DNA of 64,000 nt, from assembly GCA_965216755.1 (NCBI GenBank), contig CBDCGL010000011.1:96001-160000 (forward strand), read 5' to 3'. The notes under the pieces were generated by a model. It was not told the origin of the DNA. It saw only the letters and a program-made list of their open reading frames with translations, and made no database searches. Position 1 is the first letter of the stretch. Each line of letters starts with the position of its first letter. The translations under genes were made by a program, and so were the position numbers. Source of the DNA: Alphaproteobacteria bacterium. GTDB lineage: Bacteria; Pseudomonadota; Alphaproteobacteria; UBA7887. Positions 30,277 through 39,459 of the stretch are shown here, piece after piece.

Positions 30277-32586
30277 ATGACGGACCCGGCACTGTCGGCG
30301 CGTACGCCCTACGGATACGGCGAATGGCTTGTACGCAATCGTTGGTTGGTAATTTTAGTGACGCTGATTGGGCTTTTCGCCACCGCGTATGGCATGAAGT
30401 TTTTGAGCGTCGCCAAGGACCTTAGGATCTATTTCGCAGAGGACAATCCTGAGGTCGTGGTCTACGACGCGCTCGAAAAAACATATGTTCGCAACGATAT
30501 TTTGCTTTTGGTGATCGCGCCGCAGGACGGCGACGTCTTCACGCGGGAAGCGCTGTCTGTCATCGAATCGATGACCAACGCTGCTTGGCAAATGCCGTTC
30601 TCACAGCGGGTCAACTCCGTCACGAACTATCAATATACCCGGGCCGACGGGGATGACCTGGTTGTCAGTGATTTGGTCGAGGGCGCCGAATCGTTGAGTG
30701 ATGATGAGCTTAGCGAAGTTCGTGACGTCGCGATGAACGAACCTTTGCTGCGTAATGCCGTGATTTCGGACCGCGGCCATGTGGCCGGTATTACCATAAA
30801 TATACTGAAGGGTGAGGATGGCGCCGCCGCTGTCGGCGGATCTTTGAAATACGCCCATCAAATGATTGCGGAACAGAAGGCCGCGCACCCGAACATAGAA
30901 TTCTACATTGGCGGCGGTATAGCTTCAGATGCCGCCTTTGGTACGGCGGCATTCCAAGAATTCTCAACTTTGTGGCCGATCGTCTATGGCGTCGTTCTGG
31001 TGGTGTTGGTTGTCGCGCTTCGCGCATTCTTCGGAACTGTGTTGACGATGCTCGTCATCTTTATGACTTCACTCATATCTTTGGGGGCCACGGGATGGGC
31101 GGGCGCGCCGCTCAATCCAACGACGATCAAAGCGCCGATTCTCTTGCTGACTCTGACGGTCGCCCACAGCGTCCATATTCTGGTCACGCTGTACCAGGAA
31201 ATGCGCGCCGGCCGGAGCAAGCACGATGCGATCATCGAATCTCTGCGCATCAATATGCAGCCGGTATTTGTCACCAGCGCAACAACATCCATTGGTTTTC
31301 TGGTCCTGAATTTCAGCGACACGCCGCCATTCCGCGAACTGGGTAATATCATCGGCTTTGGCATGATGATGGCGTTTGTTCTGTCGGTGACATTCTTGCC
31401 AGCCGCGATGGCTGTGTTGCCGGTACGTGTTAGGGTCAAGAGCGATGCAAAACGCGCTCCGCTGATGGACCGATTTGCCAGCTTCGTCATCGGCCGCCGC
31501 AAGGTCTTATTCTGGGCCACGCTGGTTGCGATTGTCGCCTTGTCGTCTGGGATTGCGCGGATAAACCTGGATGACAACTTCGTCGAGTATTTTGACCACA
31601 GATACGACTATCGCGTTCACGCAGATTTCATTGTCGACAATCTGACAGGCCTGCAAGCGATCGAGTATTCCCTGCCCGCGGGCGAGGATGGCGGCATTAG
31701 CGATCCACAATATTTGGCGAAGCTGGATGCGTTTGCCACATGGTATCGTGAGCAGCCAACAGTCGTGAATGTCAACAGCCTAAGCGACATCATCAAACGG
31801 CTGAACATGAACATGCACGGGGATGATCCGGAATACTATCGGGTCCCCGAGAGTCGCGAATTGGCCGCCCAATATTTATTTCTCTACGAACTGTCGCTCC
31901 CCTATGGTTTGGATTTGAACAACACGATTGATGTTGGCAAATCATCGACACGGTTCATCGTGACCATGGCCCATCAGACTTCGATGGGCCTGAAGCGCAT
32001 GGATATCAAAGCCCGGGAGTGGTTGGACGCCAACGCGCCGGATATGGCCACCACCGGAAGCGGGATCGCCATGATCGTGGCGAACTTGTCCGAACGCAAC
32101 ATCGAGTCGATGCTGGGCGGAAGCATTCTCGCTCTGTTTTTGATCTCGCTGCTGCTGATATTTGCATTACGGAGCCTAAAAATCGGCTTGATCAGCTTGG
32201 TGCCGAATCTTTTTCCAGTCGCCTTGGCGTTTGGGGTTTGGGGATTTCTGATTCAGGAGGTCGGCCTTGCCATTGCCACCGTCGTTGCGATGACACTTGG
32301 CATTGTCGTCGACGACACCGTGCATTTCCTTAGCAAGTATCTGCGCGCGCGGAGAGAACGCGGTCTAGATTCGCCGGAGGCGGTACGCTATGCCTTCAAC
32401 ACGGTGGGCACGGCTTTGGTCATTACGTCGATTGTTTTGGTGCTGGGCTTTTGCGTTCTGGGAACTTCAGGTTACCGACCTAGCTCGCATATCGGTTGGC
32501 TCAGCTCGTTTACCTTGATATTTGCGCTGGCCGCGGATTTCTTGTTTCTGCCACCCCTTTTGATGATGATCGACAAAAAGAAATGA
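30277..32586 (+). CDS. MMPL/RND family transporter
   Basis: Two periplasmic domains each followed by TM bundles; TSATTSIGF, LGIVVDDTVHF, LFLPPLL; GGAGG RBS. Confidence 0.9.
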   Translation: MTDPALSARTPYGYGEWLVRNRWLVILVTLIGLFATAYGMKFLSVAKDLRIYFAEDNPEVVVYDALEKTYVRNDILLLVIAPQDGDVFTREALSVIESMTNAAWQMPFSQRVNSVTNYQYTRADGDDLVVSDLVEGAESLSDDELSEVRDVAMNEPLLRNAVISDRGHVAGITINILKGEDGAAAVGGSLKYAHQMIAEQKAAHPNIEFYIGGGIASDAAFGTAAFQEFSTLWPIVYGVVLVVLVVALRAFFGTVLTMLVIFMTSLISLGATGWAGAPLNPTTIKAPILLLTLTVAHSVHILVTLYQEMRAGRSKHDAIIESLRINMQPVFVTSATTSIGFLVLNFSDTPPFRELGNIIGFGMMMAFVLSVTFLPAAMAVLPVRVRVKSDAKRAPLMDRFASFVIGRRKVLFWATLVAIVALSSGIARINLDDNFVEYFDHRYDYRVHADFIVDNLTGLQAIEYSLPAGEDGGISDPQYLAKLDAFATWYREQPTVVNVNSLSDIIKRLNMNMHGDDPEYYRVPESRELAAQYLFLYELSLPYGLDLNNTIDVGKSSTRFIVTMAHQTSMGLKRMDIKAREWLDANAPDMATTGSGIAMIVANLSERNIESMLGGSILALFLISLLLIFALRSLKIGLISLVPNLFPVALAFGVWGFLIQEVGLAIATVVAMTLGIVVDDTVHFLSKYLRARRERGLDSPEAVRYAFNTVGTALVITSIVLVLGFCVLGTSGYRPSSHIGWLSSFTLIFALAADFLFLPPLLMMIDKKK

Positions 32587-33374
32587 TGAAGAGAATTGCT
32601 CTGCTGACGGTAGTCGTCTTGGTGACGGCGCCGACGCTCTCGCGCGCTGAAACGGATGAGGAAAAAGGTTTACGCATCGCGACGGAAGCCGACCAATTCA
32701 ACGCGGGTTTCCAAGATACGGTTACCGACCTTGAGATGGTTTTGCGTAATCGGCAAGGCGCGGAAAGCTCCAGGTTTTTCCGCAGCAAGACGCTGGAAGG
32801 GACAGACGACGGCGACAAGAGTATCGCGGTATTCGATCGCCCGGCCGATATCAAGGGTACGGCGGCACTAACTTTTACACACAAGTTTGGACCGGACGAT
32901 CAGTGGCTTTATCTGCCGGCGCTGAAGCGGGTCAAACGAATAAGTTCAGCAAACAAATCTGGTTCGTTCGTTGGTAGTGAGTTTGCGTACGAAGATTTAT
33001 CGAGCCAAGAGATTGAGAAGTATGCGTACAAGTGGATATCTGACGACACTTGCGGTGATAATCTGGAATGCTGGCAATTCGAGCGATATCCCGTTGATAA
33101 ATATTCGGGCTACACGAAACAAGTCGTGTGGATGGACAAGGAATTCTACCGTGTTCACAAAGTTGATTACTACGATCGCAAGGGTGAGTTGCTGAAGACC
33201 CTGACTTTCGATGACTATCATCAGTACCTCGACCACTATTGGCGCGCCGCAAGGCTCAACATGGTCAACCATCAGACCGGGAAAACTACCGAGATCATTG
33301 CGCAGAACATTGAGTTTCGGACCGGCCTTGATGAAAGAGACTTTGACACGGCGGCGCTCAAACGCACGCGTTAA
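32583..33374 (+). CDS. LolA-like outer membrane lipoprotein-sorting protein
   Basis: Signal peptide; PADIKGTA, DDQWLYLPALKRVKRI, FVGSEFAYED, DRKGELLKT; ATGA overlap with MMPL. Confidence 0.88.
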   Translation: MMKRIALLTVVVLVTAPTLSRAETDEEKGLRIATEADQFNAGFQDTVTDLEMVLRNRQGAESSRFFRSKTLEGTDDGDKSIAVFDRPADIKGTAALTFTHKFGPDDQWLYLPALKRVKRISSANKSGSFVGSEFAYEDLSSQEIEKYAYKWISDDTCGDNLECWQFERYPVDKYSGYTKQVVWMDKEFYRVHKVDYYDRKGELLKTLTFDDYHQYLDHYWRAARLNMVNHQTGKTTEIIAQNIEFRTGLDERDFDTAALKRTR

Positions 33375-33611
33375 CAAGTCGCTGTTGTAAACCACAGTCG
33401 GGGCATGGTGGTGGCCGACGGTGCGATGCGCGGATGTTGATTTAAGCATGGTCGCAACCCGTTCGTGCTGCCGCAGCCATACTGGCGTCCAAGCCAAGCT
33501 GGATTGCATCGGGGATTTGCGTTAATGGTGGCCGGCAGCTACGCCTGCCGTGTGTCGAATGGCGGGGCAAATATTCGGCCCTCTTGGATCTGGCGACCGA
33601 AAGGATACGAC

Positions 33612-34244
33612 ATGATTGACCTCTATACCTGGAGCACGCCAAATGGTCGCAAGGTGTCGATAATGCTTGAGGAAATCGGGTTGCCATACACGGTGCATCC
33701 GATCAACATCGGTGAGGGCGATCAGTTCAAACCTGAGTTCCTCGAGATCAGTCCGAACAATAAGATTCCGGCGATCGTCGACAATGACAACGGTATGACG
33801 ATGATGGAGTCCGGGGCCATTCTGGTCTATTTGGCCGAAAAAACCGGAAAGCTTCTGTCATCTGAGACCAAAGCGCGGTTTCGCGTATTGGAATGGCTGA
33901 TGATGCAGATGGGTTCAGTTGGCCCAATGCTCGGCCAAACCCACCATTTTCTCCGCTTCAACAAAGGCAAAGCGCCCTATGCTGAGGAGCGTTATGCGAA
34001 AGAGAATCAACGCATCTATAAAGTGCTGGATACACGTCTCGGCAAGGTTCCGTACCTTGCCGGTGAAGACTACAGCATTGCCGATATTGCAACCTGGCCA
34101 TGGATATCCCGTTTCGAGTGGCAAGAAATGGATCTAAATGAAACGCCAAATCTAAAGCGTTGGTACGTAGAGCTGGCGGAGCGACCCGCCTATCAAAAAG
34201 GCTATGACGTGCCGCCAATTGGCGCCTCAATACCGATGCCGTGA
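33612..34244 (+). CDS. glutathione S-transferase (YfcG/YghU-like)
   Basis: TPNGRK, SPNNKIPAI, ESGAIL, GPMLGQ, YSIADIATWPW. Confidence 0.92.
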   Translation: MIDLYTWSTPNGRKVSIMLEEIGLPYTVHPINIGEGDQFKPEFLEISPNNKIPAIVDNDNGMTMMESGAILVYLAEKTGKLLSSETKARFRVLEWLMMQMGSVGPMLGQTHHFLRFNKGKAPYAEERYAKENQRIYKVLDTRLGKVPYLAGEDYSIADIATWPWISRFEWQEMDLNETPNLKRWYVELAERPAYQKGYDVPPIGASIPMP

Positions 34245-34429
34245 CAGTTGTCCGACATGGATCATCGGAAGGCATCTAGATAATCCCATAAATGGCCGAC
34301 AATTGTGTGCAATGTACACTTTGCGCAGGGCCCCGGCTCGGCTAGCCTATGATGGGGAGCGTCGATCAAAGCGGGTAGCGCTCGGTCGGTGAGACATTTG
34401 ATCGGAATCCATATGCGCCGCGCGTCGAG

Positions 34430-34750
34430 ATGACTGAAAAACTCACTAGTTTCAATGAGTTCAAGCGGCTGAAGTCGCGTCGTATGATGGAAGTGGCGCG
34501 CCAGGGGGAGGTCGCGCGCAATCGGGATGCAGCCGAGACCTATAAGGAGCTGGTGCAGTTGGTGGAACAGACGAACCGGTTGGTTAAGCGGCTCGAAGCT
34601 GGTCGCCAACGGGAACTTGCTGCGGCCATCGCGCGCGGGAATATTGGCGAGCCAGAGTCTGTCGCCCCTCTCGTGCGCAGTTATGAGCGTTTGTCTTGGC
34701 GCCTATATGGCCAATTGAGGTACATATTGGACGCGTCGCGCAAGCGGTAA
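34430..34750 (+). CDS. hypothetical helical protein
   Basis: Fills the gap in a plus-strand gene run; amphipathic helical composition; no family recognised. Confidence 0.55.
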   Translation: MTEKLTSFNEFKRLKSRRMMEVARQGEVARNRDAAETYKELVQLVEQTNRLVKRLEAGRQRELAAAIARGNIGEPESVAPLVRSYERLSWRLYGQLRYILDASRKR

Positions 34751-34809
34751 AATCTCGAAATCCTGGTCACACGCGGCGCATCGTTTCCAGAGTATGACCG
34801 GCACATGCC

Positions 34810-35379
34810 ATGCATCGGTTGTTCACGGCTGTCGCGTTACCCGAATCCGTGAAATACGGATTGCATGCCATGCAGTTGGGCTTGCCCGGTGCACGTTGGA
34901 TCCCAACCGACAATATGCATCTTACGCTGCGATTCATTGGCGAAGTCGATTCGGCGGATGCGGACGACATTCACGAGGCGCTGGCCCAGATCGACGGTGT
35001 GCCGTTTCATTTGCGCCTTTCCGACCTTGGAACCTTCGGAACACGCCGACATGCCCGCACATTGTGGGTCGGCGTCGAGAAGTGCGAAGGCCTTAGGAGG
35101 CTCAAGGCTCAAATTGATGCGGCGCTGACGATCGCTGGCCAATCGCGGGATCCGCGCAAGTTCTCCCCGCACATAACCTTGGCTCGGCTGAGAGATGCCG
35201 AAGATAAACGTGTGGCCGCATTTGTGGCCCAAAACGCGCCGCGCGTCGCGGGGGCATTCGACGTGACAGATTTTGGACTCTATTCAAGCCACCTCACGTC
35301 GGCCGGCGCCGAACATACACTCGAGACGAGCTATCATCTCCGGGCGGAAAATTGGGGCAACGGGAATGTGTCCGATTGA
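34810..35379 (+). CDS. thpR: RNA 2',3'-cyclic phosphodiesterase (2H phosphoesterase)
   Basis: RLFTAV, two HxT motifs (HLTLRFIG, PHITLAR). Confidence 0.92.
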   Translation: MHRLFTAVALPESVKYGLHAMQLGLPGARWIPTDNMHLTLRFIGEVDSADADDIHEALAQIDGVPFHLRLSDLGTFGTRRHARTLWVGVEKCEGLRRLKAQIDAALTIAGQSRDPRKFSPHITLARLRDAEDKRVAAFVAQNAPRVAGAFDVTDFGLYSSHLTSAGAEHTLETSYHLRAENWGNGNVSD

Positions 35380-35401
35380 CAGAATCGTCAGCCCACTTTA
35401 C

Positions 35402-35417
35402 GTAAGTAGATACTTAC
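35402..35417. promoter_or_regulatory. palindromic operator candidate upstream of a secreted hypothetical gene
   Basis: GTAAGTA-ga-TACTTAC perfect inverted repeat, downstream of TTGACA at 35376-35381. Confidence 0.5.
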
Positions 35418-35447
35418 ATCATATTCGTTTGGACAAGGCAGGTTGAG

Positions 35448-35993
35448 ATGACATTGCGTAAGTCTGCGATCACTGAACTTTCGCTGCTGCCCGGGCGCGC
35501 GGCAGCAACACTATTGACAGCGATATCCTTGGTCCTGATGCCTCGAATTGCGACTGCAGCGGAAACCGAACACCCGGTCAAAGGGCAGATCTACGCGATC
35601 GGCACCTCCGAGCTTGCCATTGAGACCGAAGCTTTCACGTCAAATCGGGCCGGGTTCTCTGGGACATTCGCCGCTGACGATCCAAGCTCCATTGTGCATC
35701 TGACGACTTATGACTGCAGCGTGTTAACGCACGCGTCGATGGATGAGTCACGCAGCCGGACGGCTCGCGTTGGGGCGATCGGCGTCTGTTTGGTCAGCGA
35801 CCGCGACGGCGACGTATTTGTCGCGGAGTGGCGCCGCCCCGTCGGTGACGCGACCGGCACATGGACCATAGTGCGTGGCAGCGGCAAGTTCGAAGGCGCG
35901 GCGGGAGAGGGGAGCTACGGAATCGAGTTCCTTACTGGTCTGCCGAATGCCAAAATGCGCTTCGCATTGGATGGATCAATAATCACGCGATGA
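35448..35993 (+). CDS. secreted hypothetical protein, possible dirigent/allene-oxide-cyclase-like beta-barrel
   Basis: Signal-like N-terminus; DRDGD, WTIVRGSGKFEGAAGEG motif; Cys pair. Confidence 0.6.
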   Translation: MTLRKSAITELSLLPGRAAATLLTAISLVLMPRIATAAETEHPVKGQIYAIGTSELAIETEAFTSNRAGFSGTFAADDPSSIVHLTTYDCSVLTHASMDESRSRTARVGAIGVCLVSDRDGDVFVAEWRRPVGDATGTWTIVRGSGKFEGAAGEGSYGIEFLTGLPNAKMRFALDGSIITR

Positions 35994-36026
35994 CATGGAG
36001 GGGCGGTAAGCGCGCATACGCCGGCA

Positions 36027-36626
36027 TTGGACCAGGAATTTGAAAGTACCGATATTGAGTCACTGTTGGCCGAAGTGCGCGCATGCCGTCACTGCGCCAC
36101 GGAGCTTCCACTCGGTCCTCGGCCCGTATTGCGTGCGTCTGCGTCTGCGCGATTGTTGATCGTCGGGCAGGCGCCCGGCACAAAGGTGCATGCTTCTGGA
36201 ATTCCATGGAACGATCCCTCAGGTGACCGGCTACGCGCATGGCTCGCTGTCGACCGCGCTACATTCTACGACACGCGGCGCATCGCAATTATTCCTATGG
36301 GATTCTGCTATCCGGGTCGACATCCGAACGGCGGCGATCTCCCGCCGCAGCGCCAATGTGCGCCGCTTTGGCATGCGCGGCTGTTGAAGATCCTATCCAA
36401 CCTGGAACTGACTCTTCTGGTTGGCGGCTATGCCCAGCGTCACTATCTGGGCGCTTGCGCCGGCCGCACTGTGGGCGATACGGTTGCCGGCTGGCGCAAC
36501 TATCTTCCGCGATTTCTGCCATTGCCCCATCCATCTTGGCGGACGCGGGCCTGGGTGCGTCGCCATCCTTGGTTTGAATCCGAGTTGTTGCCGGCCCTCC
36601 GCCAGCAAGTTCTGAATCTACTCTGA
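36027..36626 (+). CDS. uracil-DNA glycosylase family protein
   Basis: CRHC, GQAPG, WNDPSGDRLR, FCYPG, LPHPSWR. Confidence 0.88.
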   Translation: MDQEFESTDIESLLAEVRACRHCATELPLGPRPVLRASASARLLIVGQAPGTKVHASGIPWNDPSGDRLRAWLAVDRATFYDTRRIAIIPMGFCYPGRHPNGGDLPPQRQCAPLWHARLLKILSNLELTLLVGGYAQRHYLGACAGRTVGDTVAGWRNYLPRFLPLPHPSWRTRAWVRRHPWFESELLPALRQQVLNLL

Positions 36627-36654
36627 CGCACGAAAGCTCAATGCGTTGCGCGCA

Positions 36655-36966
36655 CTATTCGCCCTGACCCGGGTTCGCCGCATGCGGCGGTCGTTCGAGA
36701 TAGAACGCATGTGCCTCTTCGTCGCGAATTCGAAGCTTCAGGACCAATTTCCAGCCGGCAGTGTTGAGAGTATTGAGCGTTTCGTAAAAAGTTTCTGCGC
36801 CGCGCTTGCAAAGAACAGTTTCACCGCTGGCCACCTGGCTATCACTTGCAAGACAGATAATGCGATGATCGTCGGCGTGGGACGGTAAGGGATCGAGACA
36901 AAATACGGCCACAGCGCAGGAGACGTACACGTGTCGAATGACATGCCCAGCTGGAGACGTTCCCAT
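36655..36966 (-). CDS. small hypothetical, probably secreted protein
   Basis: Hydrophobic stretch ending SHA|DD; Cys pair; TLNTLNTAGWKLV...FYLER. Confidence 0.45.
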   Translation of the reverse strand: MGTSPAGHVIRHVYVSCAVAVFCLDPLPSHADDHRIICLASDSQVASGETVLCKRGAETFYETLNTLNTAGWKLVLKLRIRDEEAHAFYLERPPHAANPGQGE

Positions 36967-37072
36967 TTCGAGAATTTCCAGGCGCTAGCGTTGAATGTCG
37001 ATCTTTCTATCAGGCTCCGAGATTGACAGCTACAGCGTCGGCGATTAGGTAGTGATCGGTGTGTGAGCCTGC

Positions 37073-37165
37073 GGAGGGGTGGCCGAGCGGCTGAAGGCGG
37101 CGGTTTGCTAAACCGTTATACGGAGACAATCCGTATCGGGGGTTCGAATCCCCCTCCCTCCGCCA
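37073..37165 (+). tRNA. tRNA-Ser (anticodon GCT)
   Basis: GGAGGGG/CCCTCC acceptor stem, TGGCCGAGCGG D-arm, GCGGT-TT-GCT-AA-ACCGT anticodon arm, long variable arm, GGTTCGAATCC, encoded CCA; TTGACA at 37023. Confidence 0.97.
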
Positions 37166-37309
37166 AATCAATGGCTTAGCAAACAGTCGCGCGGCGCCGA
37201 ACCCCTGAAAACCGTTACAAGTGGTCCGAAACTTGATCGTACCGGTGCCACATGGTCTCAATCGTTTGGCACGCCATGTTTTGCAGCCGCCCGGATTCGA
37301 CATGGCGAC

Positions 37310-37849
37310 CTATTCGGTTTCGCCAATCTCCCAAAGCTCGGCGTTGGCTTCCGTTATCCCACCTGTGACGGCATCGACCTCAACGTTCATTTCGCCTCCG
37401 CTAGCCAAGACGATGTCGATTTCGTAGACAGGCGCGCCATCATGCTCCAAGCCATATTCCACGCTCTCAACGTCACCGGGATAGATGCGGCGCGCCGTCG
37501 CGACAGCTTCATCCTCACTGACGGTTGCGACGTCGGCAAACATCGGATCCGATTTTTCCACCTCGCGTTCGATTTCCCAAATCATGCCGTTTTCGGCATT
37601 TACTTCGACTTCCCAACGTACGCCGTCAGCACCCAAAATATCGAAATCATAAACAGGGTCGCCTTCTTCGAACTTGTACTCGACGTTTAGGGCCTGACCA
37701 CCGAATACGTCGAGTGCGGACTGTAAACACTGCTCCAACGTCTTGTCGTCGCTATCGGCATATTCGCCGAGATCTGCGGCTTGCGTGGCGCCGGTAGAAA
37801 AGAACAAGATAGCCGCCGCGGCTGACGCGAATAGACTTTGTTTCATCAT
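37310..37849 (-). CDS. periplasmic tandem PepSY-domain protein, lanpepsy (LanP)-like
   Basis: Signal peptide; two PepSY repeats (VEY...VY[DE]xDI...VEV[ND]A..G.I.E); strongly acidic; GGAG RBS. Confidence 0.8.
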   Translation of the reverse strand: MMKQSLFASAAAAILFFSTGATQAADLGEYADSDDKTLEQCLQSALDVFGGQALNVEYKFEEGDPVYDFDILGADGVRWEVEVNAENGMIWEIEREVEKSDPMFADVATVSEDEAVATARRIYPGDVESVEYGLEHDGAPVYEIDIVLASGGEMNVEVDAVTGGITEANAELWEIGETE

Positions 37850-38144
37850 GTCGATCTCCGTTGGTCGTGCAGGTTCAAGCTTCTTTTGGCGGTGAGGTGC
37901 CATGCGCAATTACAATTCCAGTGTGTCTTTAATTGGTCAGCCGCGTTGTCGTAACAACCTATACCGACCATTGATGTGTTCGGCAGTCAACGAAATCGGC
38001 GCCACAGCCGATGTGCGCCGGTCTGCAACGACAATGTGTGCGGCGAAGGCGTGTGCCAGGCGCGACGGAGCCTCCGCAAGAACAAGCGGGTTTCGAGGCT
38101 GGCTCCGCAACGGTTTTGTGTTGAAGGCCGCATGGCTTGGGCGG

Positions 38145-39356
38145 GTGCTTCGGTTCTTGGGCTTTGTTATCGCAACTGGCATGATCGCCGCGGTGAACGC
38201 CGAGGCGGAAGAGAAAACCGGATTATACGCCGCCATTGAAGACACAATTCACCACTATGAAGTTGATGTCGAAGCGCTTACGCTGACTGTGCGGGGCAGT
38301 GCTGTTGCCCCCGCCCGGGTCCAATATGCTTGGCCCAGTCGCGACGGCTCAGTCTTGTATGTGGCGTCCAGCGACGGCGGCCCGGGGCGCACGGGCAACC
38401 GCCATGCTTTGACTGCATTTGCGATCGACGCGGAAAGCGGCGCGCTAACGCGGCACGGCGACCATGTGCCAATCCCGGAGCGTCCGATCCATATTTCGCT
38501 CTCCAATGACGGCTTGTTCGCGCTGGTAACCTTTAACCATTCGGCGATGATAGAGGTCTATGTGGTCAACCCCGACGGCACAATCGGACCAAAGGTCGCC
38601 CAACCGAAAATCGATGCTGGTGCTTATGCTCATCAGGCGCGTCAAGCGGCCGACGATACTGTCGTGTCACTGGGCCTCGGATTTCCACCCGCCAACGGCG
38701 CGCCCGGGATTCCAGGTTCGTTGACGACGTTTGACTTTGCAAATGGCGTTCTCAGCCACAGACAGAAGCTGATCATGCCCGACAATCTTGGCCTCAGACA
38801 TCTCGAATTCGACTCTGATCGGGGCCATGTCTATGTTGTGGTTGAGCGCGGCAATTTTTTGTTCACGTACGATTTTCACGATGGAATTGTGTCAGATGAA
38901 CCGGTCCACGTCGCTGAAACACGGGGCGATCTCGTAGCCACGCCGCCGGACCAACGCGCCGGAACGATTCACCTGCATCCCAACGGGAATATTCTTTATG
39001 TTGCGAATCGTGCCGCGGCGGTGACAGCGGAAGACGGCCGCAACGTCTTTCTGGGCGGCGAAAATACGATCGCCGTGTTCGCGCTCGACCGCCAAAACGG
39101 ACCAGAATTGATCGAAACGGCCGACACACGTGGCATTGAAGCTCGGACTTTCTCGATTGATCCTTCGGGTCGGATGATGGTCGTTGGCAACCAGAAACCG
39201 GTTACCGTGGCCAACAACGGTGAATTGGCATTCGTACCGGCAAGTCTCGCAGTCTTTGCCATCGACCCCGACGGCAAACTGACCTTTGTGCGCAAGTATG
39301 ATACCGAGGCGACAGAGGCGCGCCCCATGTTTTGGACCGGAATGGTGCGGCGCTAG
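38145..39356 (+). CDS. secreted lactonase-family beta-propeller (6-phosphogluconolactonase/carboxymuconate cyclase-like)
   Basis: LYVASS, AHQ, RHLEF, HPNGNILYVANR, RTFSIDPSG; start uncertain, chosen from the signal peptide. Confidence 0.8.
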   Translation: MLRFLGFVIATGMIAAVNAEAEEKTGLYAAIEDTIHHYEVDVEALTLTVRGSAVAPARVQYAWPSRDGSVLYVASSDGGPGRTGNRHALTAFAIDAESGALTRHGDHVPIPERPIHISLSNDGLFALVTFNHSAMIEVYVVNPDGTIGPKVAQPKIDAGAYAHQARQAADDTVVSLGLGFPPANGAPGIPGSLTTFDFANGVLSHRQKLIMPDNLGLRHLEFDSDRGHVYVVVERGNFLFTYDFHDGIVSDEPVHVAETRGDLVATPPDQRAGTIHLHPNGNILYVANRAAAVTAEDGRNVFLGGENTIAVFALDRQNGPELIETADTRGIEARTFSIDPSGRMMVVGNQKPVTVANNGELAFVPASLAVFAIDPDGKLTFVRKYDTEATEARPMFWTGMVRR

Positions 39357-39459
39357 AGCATTTCACGCTCACATGCGTTCGCAAGGCATGCTCTATCTAA
39401 TTGATATCGATCAATTTAACTTCGTTCAAACGACTCCGTTTGAACGAAGATTGATCTAG
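39353..39459 (+). repeat. 107-bp CTAG-bounded double-hairpin intergenic repeat, copy A
   Basis: Aligns without gaps to the reverse complement of 53989-54095 (89/107 by manual count); hairpins TAGAGCAT/ATGCTCTA and CTTCGTTCAAACG/CGTTTGAACGAAG. Confidence 0.88.

Noticed and set aside
37010-37303. ORF containing WRREGDSNPR
   Set aside because: Antisense translation artefact of tRNA-Ser
39353-39459. Hairpin repeat as a CRISPR repeat or integron attC site
   Set aside because: No tandem repeat-spacer array, cas or intI gene, and no RYYYAAC...GTTRRRY ends
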